Of a DNA stretch of 54,367 bases, positions 20,857 to 30,084 are shown piece by piece; position 1 is the stretch's first letter, and every line of letters starts with the position of its first letter. The notes below the pieces were generated by a model, which saw only the letters and a program-made list of their open reading frames with translations, was not told the DNA's origin and did no database searches. This DNA comes from a virus (lineage: Duplodnaviria > Heunggongvirae > Uroviricota > Caudoviricetes), in IMG/VR virus record IMGVR_UViG_2531839448_000005, positions 1-54,367 of that record; one strand, given 5' to 3'. Position numbers and translations under genes: made by a program.

Positions 20857-21155
20857 CAGTACACCCCTACATCACGATAAACCGACCAGAGCGCAGAAAT
20901 AGCCATAGGCAGTTCAGACTGCTCCACAGGTGAAACCGCTTCCCTGTTCTCGTACAGGAAAGCGATGTACATCAGGCAACCAACACGTATTGCCGGGGTA
21001 AATTCCAGCCCGTCTTCAAAACGTTTCCCGATATGCTTCTGGCAGGCTTCCAGCGCCGCATCGGTATACATTTTCAGAAGTTCGCCCTCACCTGAGAAGT
21101 CATCAAGGCGAAGATGTGCCCTGACTTCATCAGGTGTAATTTTTTCTTCACTCAT
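20856..21155 (-). CDS. head-tail connector protein (gp6-like)
   Basis: start MSEEKITPDEV; about 100 aa; similar in outline to the resident connector. Confidence 0.55.
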   Translation of the reverse strand: MSEEKITPDEVRAHLRLDDFSGEGELLKMYTDAALEACQKHIGKRFEDGLEFTPAIRVGCLMYIAFLYENREAVSPVEQSELPMAISALWSVYRDVGVY

Positions 21156-22362
21156 CTTTTTCACCTTTAATTTCCACCGTCTGCTTCCATGCCTGGCTGA
21201 ACTCGTCACCACCTTCACGCGGCGGCATCCCCTCACGTTCGCGGGCTTCGTTCGGATTCATGATCCCGTTCTTAATCCCTTTCTCATACGTGGCGTAACG
21301 CTCGGTTGGAGTAGCGCGCAGTAAATCGGCTGAATCAAACTCAACCAGATAACGGGTACCAGGTATGGGAGAAGCCACCAGCAAAGCGGCCTTAATTTGC
21401 TGTTCGAAGTTCGCCAGCCATGGGCGCATTGTCATGGTCAGAAACGCGCGGCTTGCCTCACTGAAATTGCTGTAGGTGCTGTTGCTGTATTCCTGAAGAA
21501 AAATCGGCGACACGTTGAACATCCGGGCGATGTCTTCAATGGAGAAGCGACGGGAGGCCAGCCATTCTGCATCCTGGTTACTCATCCCCAGTTGCTTGTA
21601 ATCCATACCCCCTTCAAGGATTGGCGTTTTTCCGGCATTTTTCGCCCCCTTGTAGCGTTCCAGGGCGTCTAATGCCTGTTTACCTTTCACGCCGTCCAGC
21701 CATTCGCCTGACGTGATAATCCCTGCCGCCATCATGCCATCTTTCATAATGCTGGCTCCGTGACGCTGTTGAGCAAGGCCAAGCCCCAGCGCCTCACGGC
21801 AAATCGTGACAGGGGAGCGCCCCAGAAAGCCATCATCCGAGGCATAGCGGAGATGCAGAACTTCTTCCTGCAAATACGTGCGCACCGTTCCTGTATAGGG
21901 TTCGGTGATGGTATAGCGGTATTTGTGTGCGCCAGTGCGTTCCGGTACAACACACCCCGGCGCATAAGGATGAAGTGATTTTGGCTGACCGTCCCGCCCC
22001 CACTCAATAACCGCATAGGCGTTACCGTTCAGCAGGCAGTGACGCATCATTGTGCGTTTAAACTGGTAAGGTGTCTGGCACGAATTAGGCTGCTCATTCA
22101 GCAGAATATCGACCGGGTGACTGTCCAGCCATTCCCGCGCCTCCCTGCCCTTGTCATTGCGTACCAGATACAGATAACACGGCATCGTGGCCACCGCCTC
22201 AGCGATGACAGAAACCGCGTTCATCACAGCAGGCAATGATTCAGCCGTCCCGGCAGAAACATATTCTCCGGATCCGGTATTCGGTACGCCGGACAGCGCC
22301 AGAAAATCATCAATGGACAGGTTACGCAGATCGCTTTTTTTACGACTAAAAGGCCACCACAT
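21148..22362 (-). CDS. portal protein
   Basis: about 405 aa from MWWPFSRKK; pattern resembles the resident portal. Confidence 0.75.
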   Translation of the reverse strand: MWWPFSRKKSDLRNLSIDDFLALSGVPNTGSGEYVSAGTAESLPAVMNAVSVIAEAVATMPCYLYLVRNDKGREAREWLDSHPVDILLNEQPNSCQTPYQFKRTMMRHCLLNGNAYAVIEWGRDGQPKSLHPYAPGCVVPERTGAHKYRYTITEPYTGTVRTYLQEEVLHLRYASDDGFLGRSPVTICREALGLGLAQQRHGASIMKDGMMAAGIITSGEWLDGVKGKQALDALERYKGAKNAGKTPILEGGMDYKQLGMSNQDAEWLASRRFSIEDIARMFNVSPIFLQEYSNSTYSNFSEASRAFLTMTMRPWLANFEQQIKAALLVASPIPGTRYLVEFDSADLLRATPTERYATYEKGIKNGIMNPNEAREREGMPPREGGDEFSQAWKQTVEIKGEKDE

Positions 22363-22363
22363 A

Positions 22364-22924
22364 TCACAACCCCGCCAGTTCAGCCCAGCGATGACGATTA
22401 TTTCCTGTCGGGCGTAATTCAGGGTGCTGTGCAAACAACGAACGGTGGGCAATCTCCACGCCGGATTCGGGATAAGCAGGCATCGACGTTATCGTGATTT
22501 CACGGAGTTCTGCGGCGGTAACAGTGCGCAGATACGGTTTTTGCGCGATATTCCACTCTTCGCATAATGCGCGAAAGCCAAAGCTCATTCCTGTAATGTC
22601 GCCACGCTCCACCAGCGTAAGCACATCTTTTCCAAGCTGGGTATCAGGCGGTGTCAGTTCAAAACGTAGCCCGGTGTTGTCCTCAGTCAGTACCAGTGTT
22701 CCGGATTTGGTGCGCCCCAGCAGTCGGGTATAGTCATGCTCATACAGGCAGCGCACATCATTACCCGCCGCCAGATAGTCAGCAAAAGCCCCCGGCGTGA
22801 ACTGTTCGCGGAATTCGTCCCAGATAATTTCTGAAAGGCTGTTCCAGCGAACGGCATACCCCACCAGCTTTTTATTGCTGGCGGTCAGTTCAGATGTGCG
22901 GATTTCAAAATCGGTGTTTTTCAT
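22364..22924 (-). CDS. prohead protease (HK97 / peptidase U35-like)
   Basis: 186 aa; GYAVRW, YEHD and GMSFGF motifs. Confidence 0.7.
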   Translation of the reverse strand: MKNTDFEIRTSELTASNKKLVGYAVRWNSLSEIIWDEFREQFTPGAFADYLAAGNDVRCLYEHDYTRLLGRTKSGTLVLTEDNTGLRFELTPPDTQLGKDVLTLVERGDITGMSFGFRALCEEWNIAQKPYLRTVTAAELREITITSMPAYPESGVEIAHRSLFAQHPELRPTGNNRHRWAELAGL

Positions 22925-22978
22925 CGGTGTACTCCATAAAGCTGAAAAAGGAGGCCGCAGCCTCCTCCTTACTCATGA

Positions 22979-24148
22979 CTAGCCAGCTTTCATTTCCAGA
23001 ATTTTGATGGCGTTTGAATCCACCACACCACCGCCCAGATATTTATCCGTGTGGACCTTGTAGAATCCGGGTTCAGTAATGTTGTCCGGTCGGGTGCGAA
23101 TCCCTGTTACATGATCAACGATGAAATAACCACGACTGAAATCGCCAACCGCTAGCGGTGCTTTTCCTGCGCCGATGTCCGGCATGGACTCCAGGCAGAA
23201 AACAGGACGACCAAGCAACATATCCGGCGCACCTTCTTTAAGGCTGTCGCGCCAGATATAATCGCCATTCTCATTTTTCAGCTTCTGTAGTGTCCCTGCC
23301 GTGCCCGAGTTCATCACCCAGACGGCATTTTTGCGGTATTTCGCTTTCAGCTTGTAGAGAATGTCGATCAGTTCGTCCGCTGTAATGGCGGTTCCACTTG
23401 CCGCTACCACTTTTTCAATGGTGCCAAAAGCGCGGGTTTTGTCACTGGTCGCCGCACGGGTGTAAGCCATGAAGCCTTTCGGCTTGCCGTTACCGTCGCC
23501 ATTAACAAAATCATCCTCTTCGGTGCTGGCGAACGTGTCGGCAATTTCGGAGGATAACCAGCCCAGAATATCCACCTCTGAAAAATCCAGGATTTCCTGC
23601 GTGGTTTTCGGGTAGGCGTAGATCGGATTCAGCTTGATGGTTACACGTTCAATTTTCGGGGTGTTGGTTTCACTACGTGCGCTGCCTTCTGTGCCTCGTC
23701 CTACAGTTGCGCCGCCAGTGGAAACCAGTTTCTGAAACTCATTTGATTTTGCGGTCTTCACGGTCGCGATCACGCGCATAACACTGTCATCCTGTAGCTG
23801 GCGCATGACTTCGCGATCAAGCTCAGGAATTACGGTATATCCGCCATCCCTGCCGCTGTCAGTGCTGGTGGACAGTGATCGCACATCTCCGGTTACGATG
23901 TAGTTACGCAATTCATCAGATGATAATTTCTGGATGCCCGTTCCTGGCTTGCTGCGTTCTTCATCAGCCACAGACTCGAGGCGGTAAATTTCTGTGTCGA
24001 GGGAATCGGCTTTTGCACGCAGTTCATCAAACTGTTTGCCCTCGTCATCGTTCAGGCTGCGGTTTTCACTGTCGGCTTTTTCCAGCAGGGATCGCATCTG
24101 GTTTTTCAGGGCGGTTTTTTGCTGGCGGAGTTCGATTAATTTCTTCAT
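22979..24148 (-). CDS. major capsid protein, HK97 family
   Basis: 389 aa; coiled-coil N-terminus; GDGNGKPKGFMAY and DSNAIK motifs parallel the resident capsid protein. Confidence 0.85.
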   Translation of the reverse strand: MKKLIELRQQKTALKNQMRSLLEKADSENRSLNDDEGKQFDELRAKADSLDTEIYRLESVADEERSKPGTGIQKLSSDELRNYIVTGDVRSLSTSTDSGRDGGYTVIPELDREVMRQLQDDSVMRVIATVKTAKSNEFQKLVSTGGATVGRGTEGSARSETNTPKIERVTIKLNPIYAYPKTTQEILDFSEVDILGWLSSEIADTFASTEEDDFVNGDGNGKPKGFMAYTRAATSDKTRAFGTIEKVVAASGTAITADELIDILYKLKAKYRKNAVWVMNSGTAGTLQKLKNENGDYIWRDSLKEGAPDMLLGRPVFCLESMPDIGAGKAPLAVGDFSRGYFIVDHVTGIRTRPDNITEPGFYKVHTDKYLGGGVVDSNAIKILEMKAG

Positions 24149-24422
24149 GAAGGTTTTCTCGTATTGGTTAAGATTCAGGACGTGAAACCAACACGGAGGG
24201 AGCGCCGCCCGACACTCTCGGCATCTCGCAGATCAACCCGGCATCGCGCAGGGGGTCAGGCGGCATTGTGGCGGCTCACGTCTGAGTGCCACACGCCAAC
24301 ATATACATAAAAATCAGTATGTAAACATCAGCCAGAATCACCGAACAACCTGGAACAACCACGAACAAATAATTTACAAAACCTGAAAAAAAGACCTGGA
24401 GAAAATCCAGGCCTTTATCGCT

Positions 24423-24671
24423 TTATTGTTTCACTGGATCCCGCATTCTGCGTCTTATTTTCCACAGATATTCGATCATCGCTTCCACCTGCTCACGATT
24501 GGTTGCGAAAATTTCCCCGGTCAGTGAGCTGCGCAGAAAATCATGATGATCCACAACAAACAACGCATCGGAAGAAAGCAGACGGCGATATTTTTTTGCT
24601 GTCGTGGTTTCCAGATCATCAAAACCATGAAACTTTTTATGTTGCTGGACTTCTTCAAATGTCACTGGCAT
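24423..24671 (-). CDS. hypothetical protein
   Basis: 82 aa ORF. Confidence 0.35.
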   Translation of the reverse strand: MPVTFEEVQQHKKFHGFDDLETTTAKKYRRLLSSDALFVVDHHDFLRSSLTGEIFATNREQVEAMIEYLWKIRRRMRDPVKQ

Positions 24672-25204
24672 GTATCCCCCTTTGCCGCCCGGCGCTGGCG
24701 CTTGTGCTTCTCATTCAGCGCCATCAGCCGCGTTTCTGCCTCCTGCTGTTCCTGTGGTGTCACTTCCCCACATGGCTGGCCTTTCAGGTCGTATCGTACC
24801 CCACCAGCAACCAGGGCGCGGTAATAGCGCGGAGACTGCGCATAAGATGCCAGCGTCGCACGTAATGCCCCCGGCCCGAATGCCAGCCCCCTGACGGCGA
24901 GATCCTGCATCAGGTCGTCGAATATCCCCACCTTAAGCGGCTTCGGTGCTTCCCTGTTGAATAAGTCAGGCCACATCTCAGTGAGGCGGTTAACGCGCCT
25001 GCGGTTTTTGCGCTGGCGTTTGGTCATATGCCGCCACGGTGTCACCCCTGTGGGCTGCCCTTTGCGGCTCTGCTGTGCGTTCTGATTGCCGGGTATCACT
25101 TTATGCGCCGATGTGGTTTTATCCCGCTCTTGCGCCGCCTGCGTCGTTTTCTGCGGCGTGCCGTAAATGCCTTTCGGTTTTCGGTTAATGGTCAGCTTTG
25201 TCAT
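24662..25204 (-). CDS. ProQ/FinO-domain RNA-binding protein
   Basis: LKVGIFDDL...ALRATLASYAQSPRYYRALVAGGVRYDLKGQPCGEVT aligns by eye to the E. coli ProQ N-terminal domain as recalled. Confidence 0.6.
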   Translation of the reverse strand: MTKLTINRKPKGIYGTPQKTTQAAQERDKTTSAHKVIPGNQNAQQSRKGQPTGVTPWRHMTKRQRKNRRRVNRLTEMWPDLFNREAPKPLKVGIFDDLMQDLAVRGLAFGPGALRATLASYAQSPRYYRALVAGGVRYDLKGQPCGEVTPQEQQEAETRLMALNEKHKRQRRAAKGDTCQ

Positions 25205-25368
25205 GCCTTCCCCTGTAATTACTCTGTTCGCTGTTGTGAATTAAAACGGTATGTTATCCCCGTACAGGTCATCGTGCTGGCCTGTCTGTTGTTTTGCCCT
25301 GTTCAGTGCGTCAGTGGCCTGCCCCTGTTGGCCTTTTTTGCCGCCCGGTCGCGCCGTTCTCGCACTGA

Positions 25369-25665
25369 TTACGCTGTCTGCGATGACCTGCCAGCCCTGC
25401 CGCGTTTCGCCGTTCTGCCCTGTCCACTGCTTACCTGCATGTTACCCGCCACGCTCACCAGTTCGCCTTTGCGGTGTTTTGCCAGTGCGTCGGCCTGTCT
25501 GCCAAACGCCAGGACGGATAACCACATCGTCGCCGTTCCGTCATCTGCCTGGCTGCATGGCAGGGGAACCGCCATACTCGCCATCGCCATTTGTGTTCCC
25601 TTGCTGGTGGTCTTTAACTGCGGGTCAGCCACCAGCCGCCCGTAAGCCGCTATCTGTGCTGTCAT
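25369..25665 (-). CDS. SSB-like OB-fold protein (tentative)
   Basis: 98 aa; pattern GRLVADPQL...WLSVLAFGRQADAL...GELVSVAGNMQV resembles an SSB core. Confidence 0.35.
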   Translation of the reverse strand: MTAQIAAYGRLVADPQLKTTSKGTQMAMASMAVPLPCSQADDGTATMWLSVLAFGRQADALAKHRKGELVSVAGNMQVSSGQGRTAKRGRAGRSSQTA

Positions 25666-25728
25666 GCTGTCTGCTCTCCGGTTTTAACGTTGATGGTTAC
25701 GCTTGTTTACACCCTTACGGTGAAATTC

Positions 25729-25854
25729 TGCGGGTTATAATCGCACTTTTGCGGGTTATAACTGCCGTTTTGCGGGTTACGTGCGGGTTATTGATTTCCT
25801 TTTTATTCATACAGTTAATGCACTTATATACATGATAACCCGCATAACCCGCAA
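25729..25854. repeat. iteron cluster B: 4 direct plus 2 inverted copies of TGCGGGTTA(T) flanking an AT-rich spacer; candidate replication origin
   Basis: copies at 25729, 25751, 25771, 25782 (direct) and 25835, 25845 (inverted); immediately 3' of the primase gene. Confidence 0.6.
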
Positions 25855-25875
25855 CTTTTCACCTCACACAGGGGG

Positions 25876-27999
25876 TTAATCTTCTGCCTCAGGCTGGAAC
25901 ATCAGCACGTAAAAAACATGCTGCTTCCCCCCAATTTTGCCGAGCGCCTTTTTCTTGTAACGGCGATCGTTACCCGCTTCCAGCATTCCGGCAGCACTCA
26001 ACGCGCGGGCAAAGTGAGACGGATTAAATCCCTGTGCTATCTCACCCTCAAATACATGCGGGAACGTGTAAAAACGGAACTCGTCATCTTCGTTTCTGAT
26101 ACTCCCCTTTCTGTATCCGGCAAGTTCTTTAATCGATAAATCACGCTCGTCGGTATTGGGCCACGGAAGGTATCTGCTGAATCCGAACGACGCTAAAAAA
26201 GCTTCTGCCTGTTCAACCATCTGTTTAAATTCCCTGTTACCCGTGCCGAACTCCTTCACCCAGGCATTAAAATTATGCTGTATGGCATCGCGGCATTCCT
26301 GCTCATCCCAGCCAGTAACATGACCTGAAAGCACAAGCGCGGCCTCCAGTATGGCAAATCGCTCCCCCACACGGTGAACCTGTTCGCCGTAGCTCTCCGG
26401 TATCAGGTTGCGCCACCGCTCACGGCATGTCCTTACCGTGTCCTTTGCCTCCTGCTGGTGTTCTGCCAGCCATTTAACCCACTCACGACCCGCCGCCCCG
26501 TGATTTTCTGTCCAGGCATCCTTTAACGCGTCTGCGTGCGCCTTTCCGGTGCTGTATTCGTGAAATTGCGTGGCTTTTTCCATCGGAACGTTAAGCAGGC
26601 GGACAAGCTGCCCCGCTTTGACTTTTATCCCCTCCGTTTTGAGGAATGTCTCAACGTCCATTTCTCCGGTGCTGATTGCCACCGTGCGCCAGTGTTTGAT
26701 CTCCCTGTTGCCGCCGTCCTTCGCCCCCTGTAATTTCCCCGAACCGTTAAACAGCGTATAGGCTGACGTGGACACCTCCCGCGCGTTTCCGGCCTGGCCT
26801 ATTTCATCCAGGGGTAAAAGCCCGTCATTGTGTGCCTCTGCTTCGTTGGCGATACCTAACGCTGTGCCGTACCAGGTCAGCCGCTGCGCGTCCGGCTCTC
26901 CCCATAAACTTGATGCGATGTTCTGTGTGGTGGTTTTCCCTGCCGATGACTGTTCGAAAAGATGTACCCCGAAGCCGTCAGCGCCCACCAGCCCGATTAA
27001 TGGTGCGGATAACGATACCGCCACACCCAGCATCATGGACGGATTACCACCAGCCAGCCGCGCAACGGTATCGCGCCAGCCCTCCGCCGTTCCTGCCACG
27101 GAATAGCCATTAACAGCAGCCGTTTTTCCGGTAAACAGGACTGGCTTTTCGCAATCACCAATGACCGAACCGTCCGGCATGATGTACGCGCCAAAATGCC
27201 AGCCCGTTGTTGTGCTTAACTGCCATTCCTCATGGCTTCCGCTTAACTGCATCCAGTCAGCCAGGATAGCCCTGTATTTACCGTTGGTTGTTACGTTCAG
27301 TCCGTGGTCTTTCAGCAACCGCCAGCCGTCACGGTCGCCAATGCCACCGCACGGAACCGCCATTGTGATGACTTCATGGTTTGCTAATTTTTTCCAGCGC
27401 ATCACGCGGTAATGCTCTTTACCGATTGTCCCCGTTCCCAGTAGTTCAAGCGGGGAACATAACCACGTCTCAGGCCGGATAATTTCGCCTGACTGCTTAT
27501 CCACTTTTGGCGTTACCCAGAAAACACCATCGGCGCGACTTTCAACGCGGGGCTTTAATTCATCATCGCCCTGGATTTCTGTGATTTTTTTCTTTAAGGG
27601 CAACACCAGACTTTCCCCGCGCTCGTATTCGTCTTTGAGGCGAGGCAACTGGTCGGATAAATCCGCCGGGCTGATGTCAGTTATCCCCGCGTATTCGTAT
27701 ACGGTCTTCACGCCAGCCACAGCCAGCAACGTGACGATCTGTGTAAGGCTACGTTCAGTGATGTGCCCTGCGCGGTAAACACGCACACACTGACGGCTAT
27801 CATCAATAATTTGATAACCGGTAATATCTTTCAGGTGTTCATCTGACAGAACGACAGGCGGCACATTGTCGGCGGCAATATGCTTACCTGCCCATTCCTG
27901 CCACTCTTTCGCATGGCTCCACGCATCACTACCCGCAAAGATGATAACCTCCGTCATTTTGTCGGCTGGCTGGTGCTTTAAGTTTGGTGCGCGCTTCAT
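25876..27999 (-). CDS. primase / replication protein (P4 alpha-like, DUF927-type)
   Basis: 707 aa; central Walker-like GEPDAQ...SSAGKTT region; adjacent iterons. Confidence 0.6.
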   Translation of the reverse strand: MKRAPNLKHQPADKMTEVIIFAGSDAWSHAKEWQEWAGKHIAADNVPPVVLSDEHLKDITGYQIIDDSRQCVRVYRAGHITERSLTQIVTLLAVAGVKTVYEYAGITDISPADLSDQLPRLKDEYERGESLVLPLKKKITEIQGDDELKPRVESRADGVFWVTPKVDKQSGEIIRPETWLCSPLELLGTGTIGKEHYRVMRWKKLANHEVITMAVPCGGIGDRDGWRLLKDHGLNVTTNGKYRAILADWMQLSGSHEEWQLSTTTGWHFGAYIMPDGSVIGDCEKPVLFTGKTAAVNGYSVAGTAEGWRDTVARLAGGNPSMMLGVAVSLSAPLIGLVGADGFGVHLFEQSSAGKTTTQNIASSLWGEPDAQRLTWYGTALGIANEAEAHNDGLLPLDEIGQAGNAREVSTSAYTLFNGSGKLQGAKDGGNREIKHWRTVAISTGEMDVETFLKTEGIKVKAGQLVRLLNVPMEKATQFHEYSTGKAHADALKDAWTENHGAAGREWVKWLAEHQQEAKDTVRTCRERWRNLIPESYGEQVHRVGERFAILEAALVLSGHVTGWDEQECRDAIQHNFNAWVKEFGTGNREFKQMVEQAEAFLASFGFSRYLPWPNTDERDLSIKELAGYRKGSIRNEDDEFRFYTFPHVFEGEIAQGFNPSHFARALSAAGMLEAGNDRRYKKKALGKIGGKQHVFYVLMFQPEAED

Positions 28000-28310
28000 T
28001 TTGCCTTTCCCCGTTCACGAATAATTTCACGTACTGCCTTAATGCGTTCCATTCCTGTAACGCGCATGATTCTGTCGATGTCGCTTAATTCTGCTGGTGG
28101 TGCTTTACTTACCAAGGTGAACTCCCTGTCAAAGCGCATATGTGACGACACGCAGGGATGCGCATAACCTTCGCGGATATAGGTCACACGAAAATCATCG
28201 ACGGTTTTGATCGTTATCGTGCTGCCGTATTTATCCTGGAAAATATCGCCGGGGCGGATTTCAGGCCGAGCGGGGCCGCTGGCAGTAAAGCCAGAATTTT
28301 TCTTTTTCAT
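27996..28310 (-). CDS. hypothetical protein
   Basis: 104 aa ORF overlapping the primase start. Confidence 0.4.
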   Translation of the reverse strand: MKKKNSGFTASGPARPEIRPGDIFQDKYGSTITIKTVDDFRVTYIREGYAHPCVSSHMRFDREFTLVSKAPPAELSDIDRIMRVTGMERIKAVREIIRERGKAK

Positions 28311-28315
28311 GTTTT

Positions 28316-28564
28316 TTACTCCAGAGGCAGCTTTTTAGCGGCGAGCTCAATATCAGATGTCAGAGAAACCTGTGTATTTGCCAGGTCTAACAACAAAGAA
28401 ATAAGAATTTCTTCTCTGCTATCGGATTTATCGGTGCTAAGGCTGTTCATCCACATATTGACGACTTCCCTGATTTTTTTCGCAGAGTGCAGGGCTTCAA
28501 ATGCCAGGTCTTCAATATCATGTTTATTTCGCATAATCGCCCCCGCCATTTTCACAATCAGCAA
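28316..28564 (-). CDS. hypothetical protein
   Basis: 82 aa ORF. Confidence 0.3.
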   Translation of the reverse strand: MLIVKMAGAIMRNKHDIEDLAFEALHSAKKIREVVNMWMNSLSTDKSDSREEILISLLLDLANTQVSLTSDIELAAKKLPLE

Positions 28565-28769
28565 TCAGGATGGCTTTTGCCTCATTCAGCGCCATATCAG
28601 CACTAAATTGCATAACAGCCAGTGAGTGAGGAACGAAAGCCCCGGCATATTCTGTTTCGCTGGTGGCGTGCTTATGCGCCTTGTCTGCGATAACAGAAAT
28701 ATCAATCAGCGCGTGCATCAGCGTTTTGATGGCTTCGGCGGCTGCGTCCGGACGGGTGTTATTGCACAT
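28524..28769 (-). CDS. hypothetical protein
   Basis: 81 aa ORF. Confidence 0.3.
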   Translation of the reverse strand: MCNNTRPDAAAEAIKTLMHALIDISVIADKAHKHATSETEYAGAFVPHSLAVMQFSADMALNEAKAILIADCENGGGDYAK

Positions 28770-29073
28770 GGCGCACCTCCTGACGAATACGGGCAGCGAA
28801 TACCATCACGCAGCCAGCCGGGGATTGCTGGCGTGCTTCCTGTTCGCTAGTGGCCTCAATGGTAATCACACGCGGTTGTGCCGTGCTCAGGGCGATAAAA
28901 CGCCAGATGTATTTATTCAGGTTGTGCGAGTCCCGCCCTTGCGGGTGTGTGGTATGATTTAACATAGCTACCTCGATAATCTTGCTATCGTTGGTGGTTA
29001 GAAGCCCGGTTAGTGTTAGCGCACTGCCGGGTTTCGTCGTTTGTATTTCAATAAAACCATTGGTGTGTTTCAT
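28759..29073 (-). CDS. hypothetical protein, first gene of the island leftward operon
   Basis: manual call: ATG at 29071-29073 inside the operator motif, 105 codons; the 393 aa track ORF is a read-through artefact. Confidence 0.35.
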   Translation of the reverse strand: MKHTNGFIEIQTTKPGSALTLTGLLTTNDSKIIEVAMLNHTTHPQGRDSHNLNKYIWRFIALSTAQPRVITIEATSEQEARQQSPAGCVMVFAARIRQEVRHVQ

Positions 29074-29150
29074 GTTATTTTGGAGTGAAACACACGTCAA
29101 GCCTTTTTTGTATTTCTTTTTTGTGTATACTGAAACACACCAAATTTGAG
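29050..29150. promoter_or_regulatory. divergent promoter region with three copies of operator-like motif TGAAACACAC / GTGTGTTTCA
   Basis: copies near 29055-29068, 29083-29096 and 29138-29150 between divergent genes. Confidence 0.5.
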
Positions 29151-29161
29151 GAGTTTCAGTT

Positions 29162-29467
29162 ATGGCGACTACCAACAAAAACGCTAAATCACAATTGACC
29201 ACCGTCAGAGTCCCCCACGATGTTATGGAGGGCATGGAATCCGTAAAACTGGACGGCGAAAGCAACGCCGGATTCATAGTAACCGCCATGCGCGGTGAGA
29301 TCGCCCGCCGCCAGGCAGAAGGAAGCGGAGAAAATCCCCTGGTTTCTTCGCTCGATGCACTGGCGCAGGTGGAAAAAATTGGAGTCAAGGCTGCCGAGGA
29401 GATCGGGCAACTCGTCACCGTCGCGCGTGAAGAACTCCAGCGACGCAAGGTCAAAGAGCAGGAATAG
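29162..29467 (+). CDS. hypothetical protein, candidate island regulator
   Basis: 101 aa ORF divergent from the island operon, directly downstream of the operator triplet. Confidence 0.4.
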   Translation: MATTNKNAKSQLTTVRVPHDVMEGMESVKLDGESNAGFIVTAMRGEIARRQAEGSGENPLVSSLDALAQVEKIGVKAAEEIGQLVTVAREELQRRKVKEQE

Positions 29468-29524
29468 CCACTATCAGCGCCATAGTTTGAGGAACGCAGG
29501 CGCATTGCTTTACAGGACAGCACC

Positions 29525-29704
29525 ATGAGCGACACAGAATCAACCAAAACACCATCACCAACTCGTAAGAGACGACGCAAAAATATAGCGCATGAACATG
29601 AATCAGAAAGATTCGCACCTTGTTCGTTTGCTCTTGAGAAATTCCTTAAAGAGCACAGGAAAAAGCTCTCGTTGCAAACCTTGGAACGAACCAAATCTGA
29701 CTGA
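29525..29704 (+). CDS. small basic protein
   Basis: manual 59-codon ORF MSDTESTKTPSPTRKRRRKN; below the track length cutoff. Confidence 0.25.
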   Translation: MSDTESTKTPSPTRKRRRKNIAHEHESERFAPCSFALEKFLKEHRKKLSLQTLERTKSD

Positions 29705-29770
29705 TCACATTGCCCACCAGCCGCAAATGTGGCATTGTTGGTGATGCTTTTGTTTTCCCTTGTTCCCACT

Positions 29771-29800
29771 GGCGACCCTTTTGCGGTCGCCTTTGTTTTG
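29771..29800 (+). terminator. rho-independent terminator
   Basis: GGCGACC/GGTCGCC stem followed by TTTGTTTTG. Confidence 0.6.
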
Positions 29801-29892
29801 CCTGTTATCCGGCAATAGTGGCGCTTCGTCACCTGTCTGATATAATTCCACAGCTTATATTCATTTTTTGCGCAGTAGGTTAATTGTTCGCA

Positions 29893-29926
29893 AGGGCGCT
29901 CCGGCAACGGGGCGCTTTTTGTTTTT
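29893..29926 (+). terminator. rho-independent terminator
   Basis: GC-rich hairpin followed by TTTTTGTTTTT. Confidence 0.5.
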
Positions 29927-30084
29927 ACCCACCAGCACAATAAAAATCTTCATTTTCCATTTTTGTAAAATTTCATGCTTTCCGGACGACTGGTCATATG
30001 TCATTTTTTAGCAGAAGATTTTGCCTTGCTGGTGGGTAGCTTCCCGGTCAACACGATGTACCGTATAATCAACACCGCGTGTGG

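Noticed and set aside
28759-29940. 393 aa minus-strand ORF
   Set aside because: It spans the operator-rich divergent promoter and runs antisense to the plus-strand genes at 29162-29704; Ser/Cys/Thr-rich low-complexity translation. Only the 3' 105 codons (28759-29073) are kept as a tentative gene.
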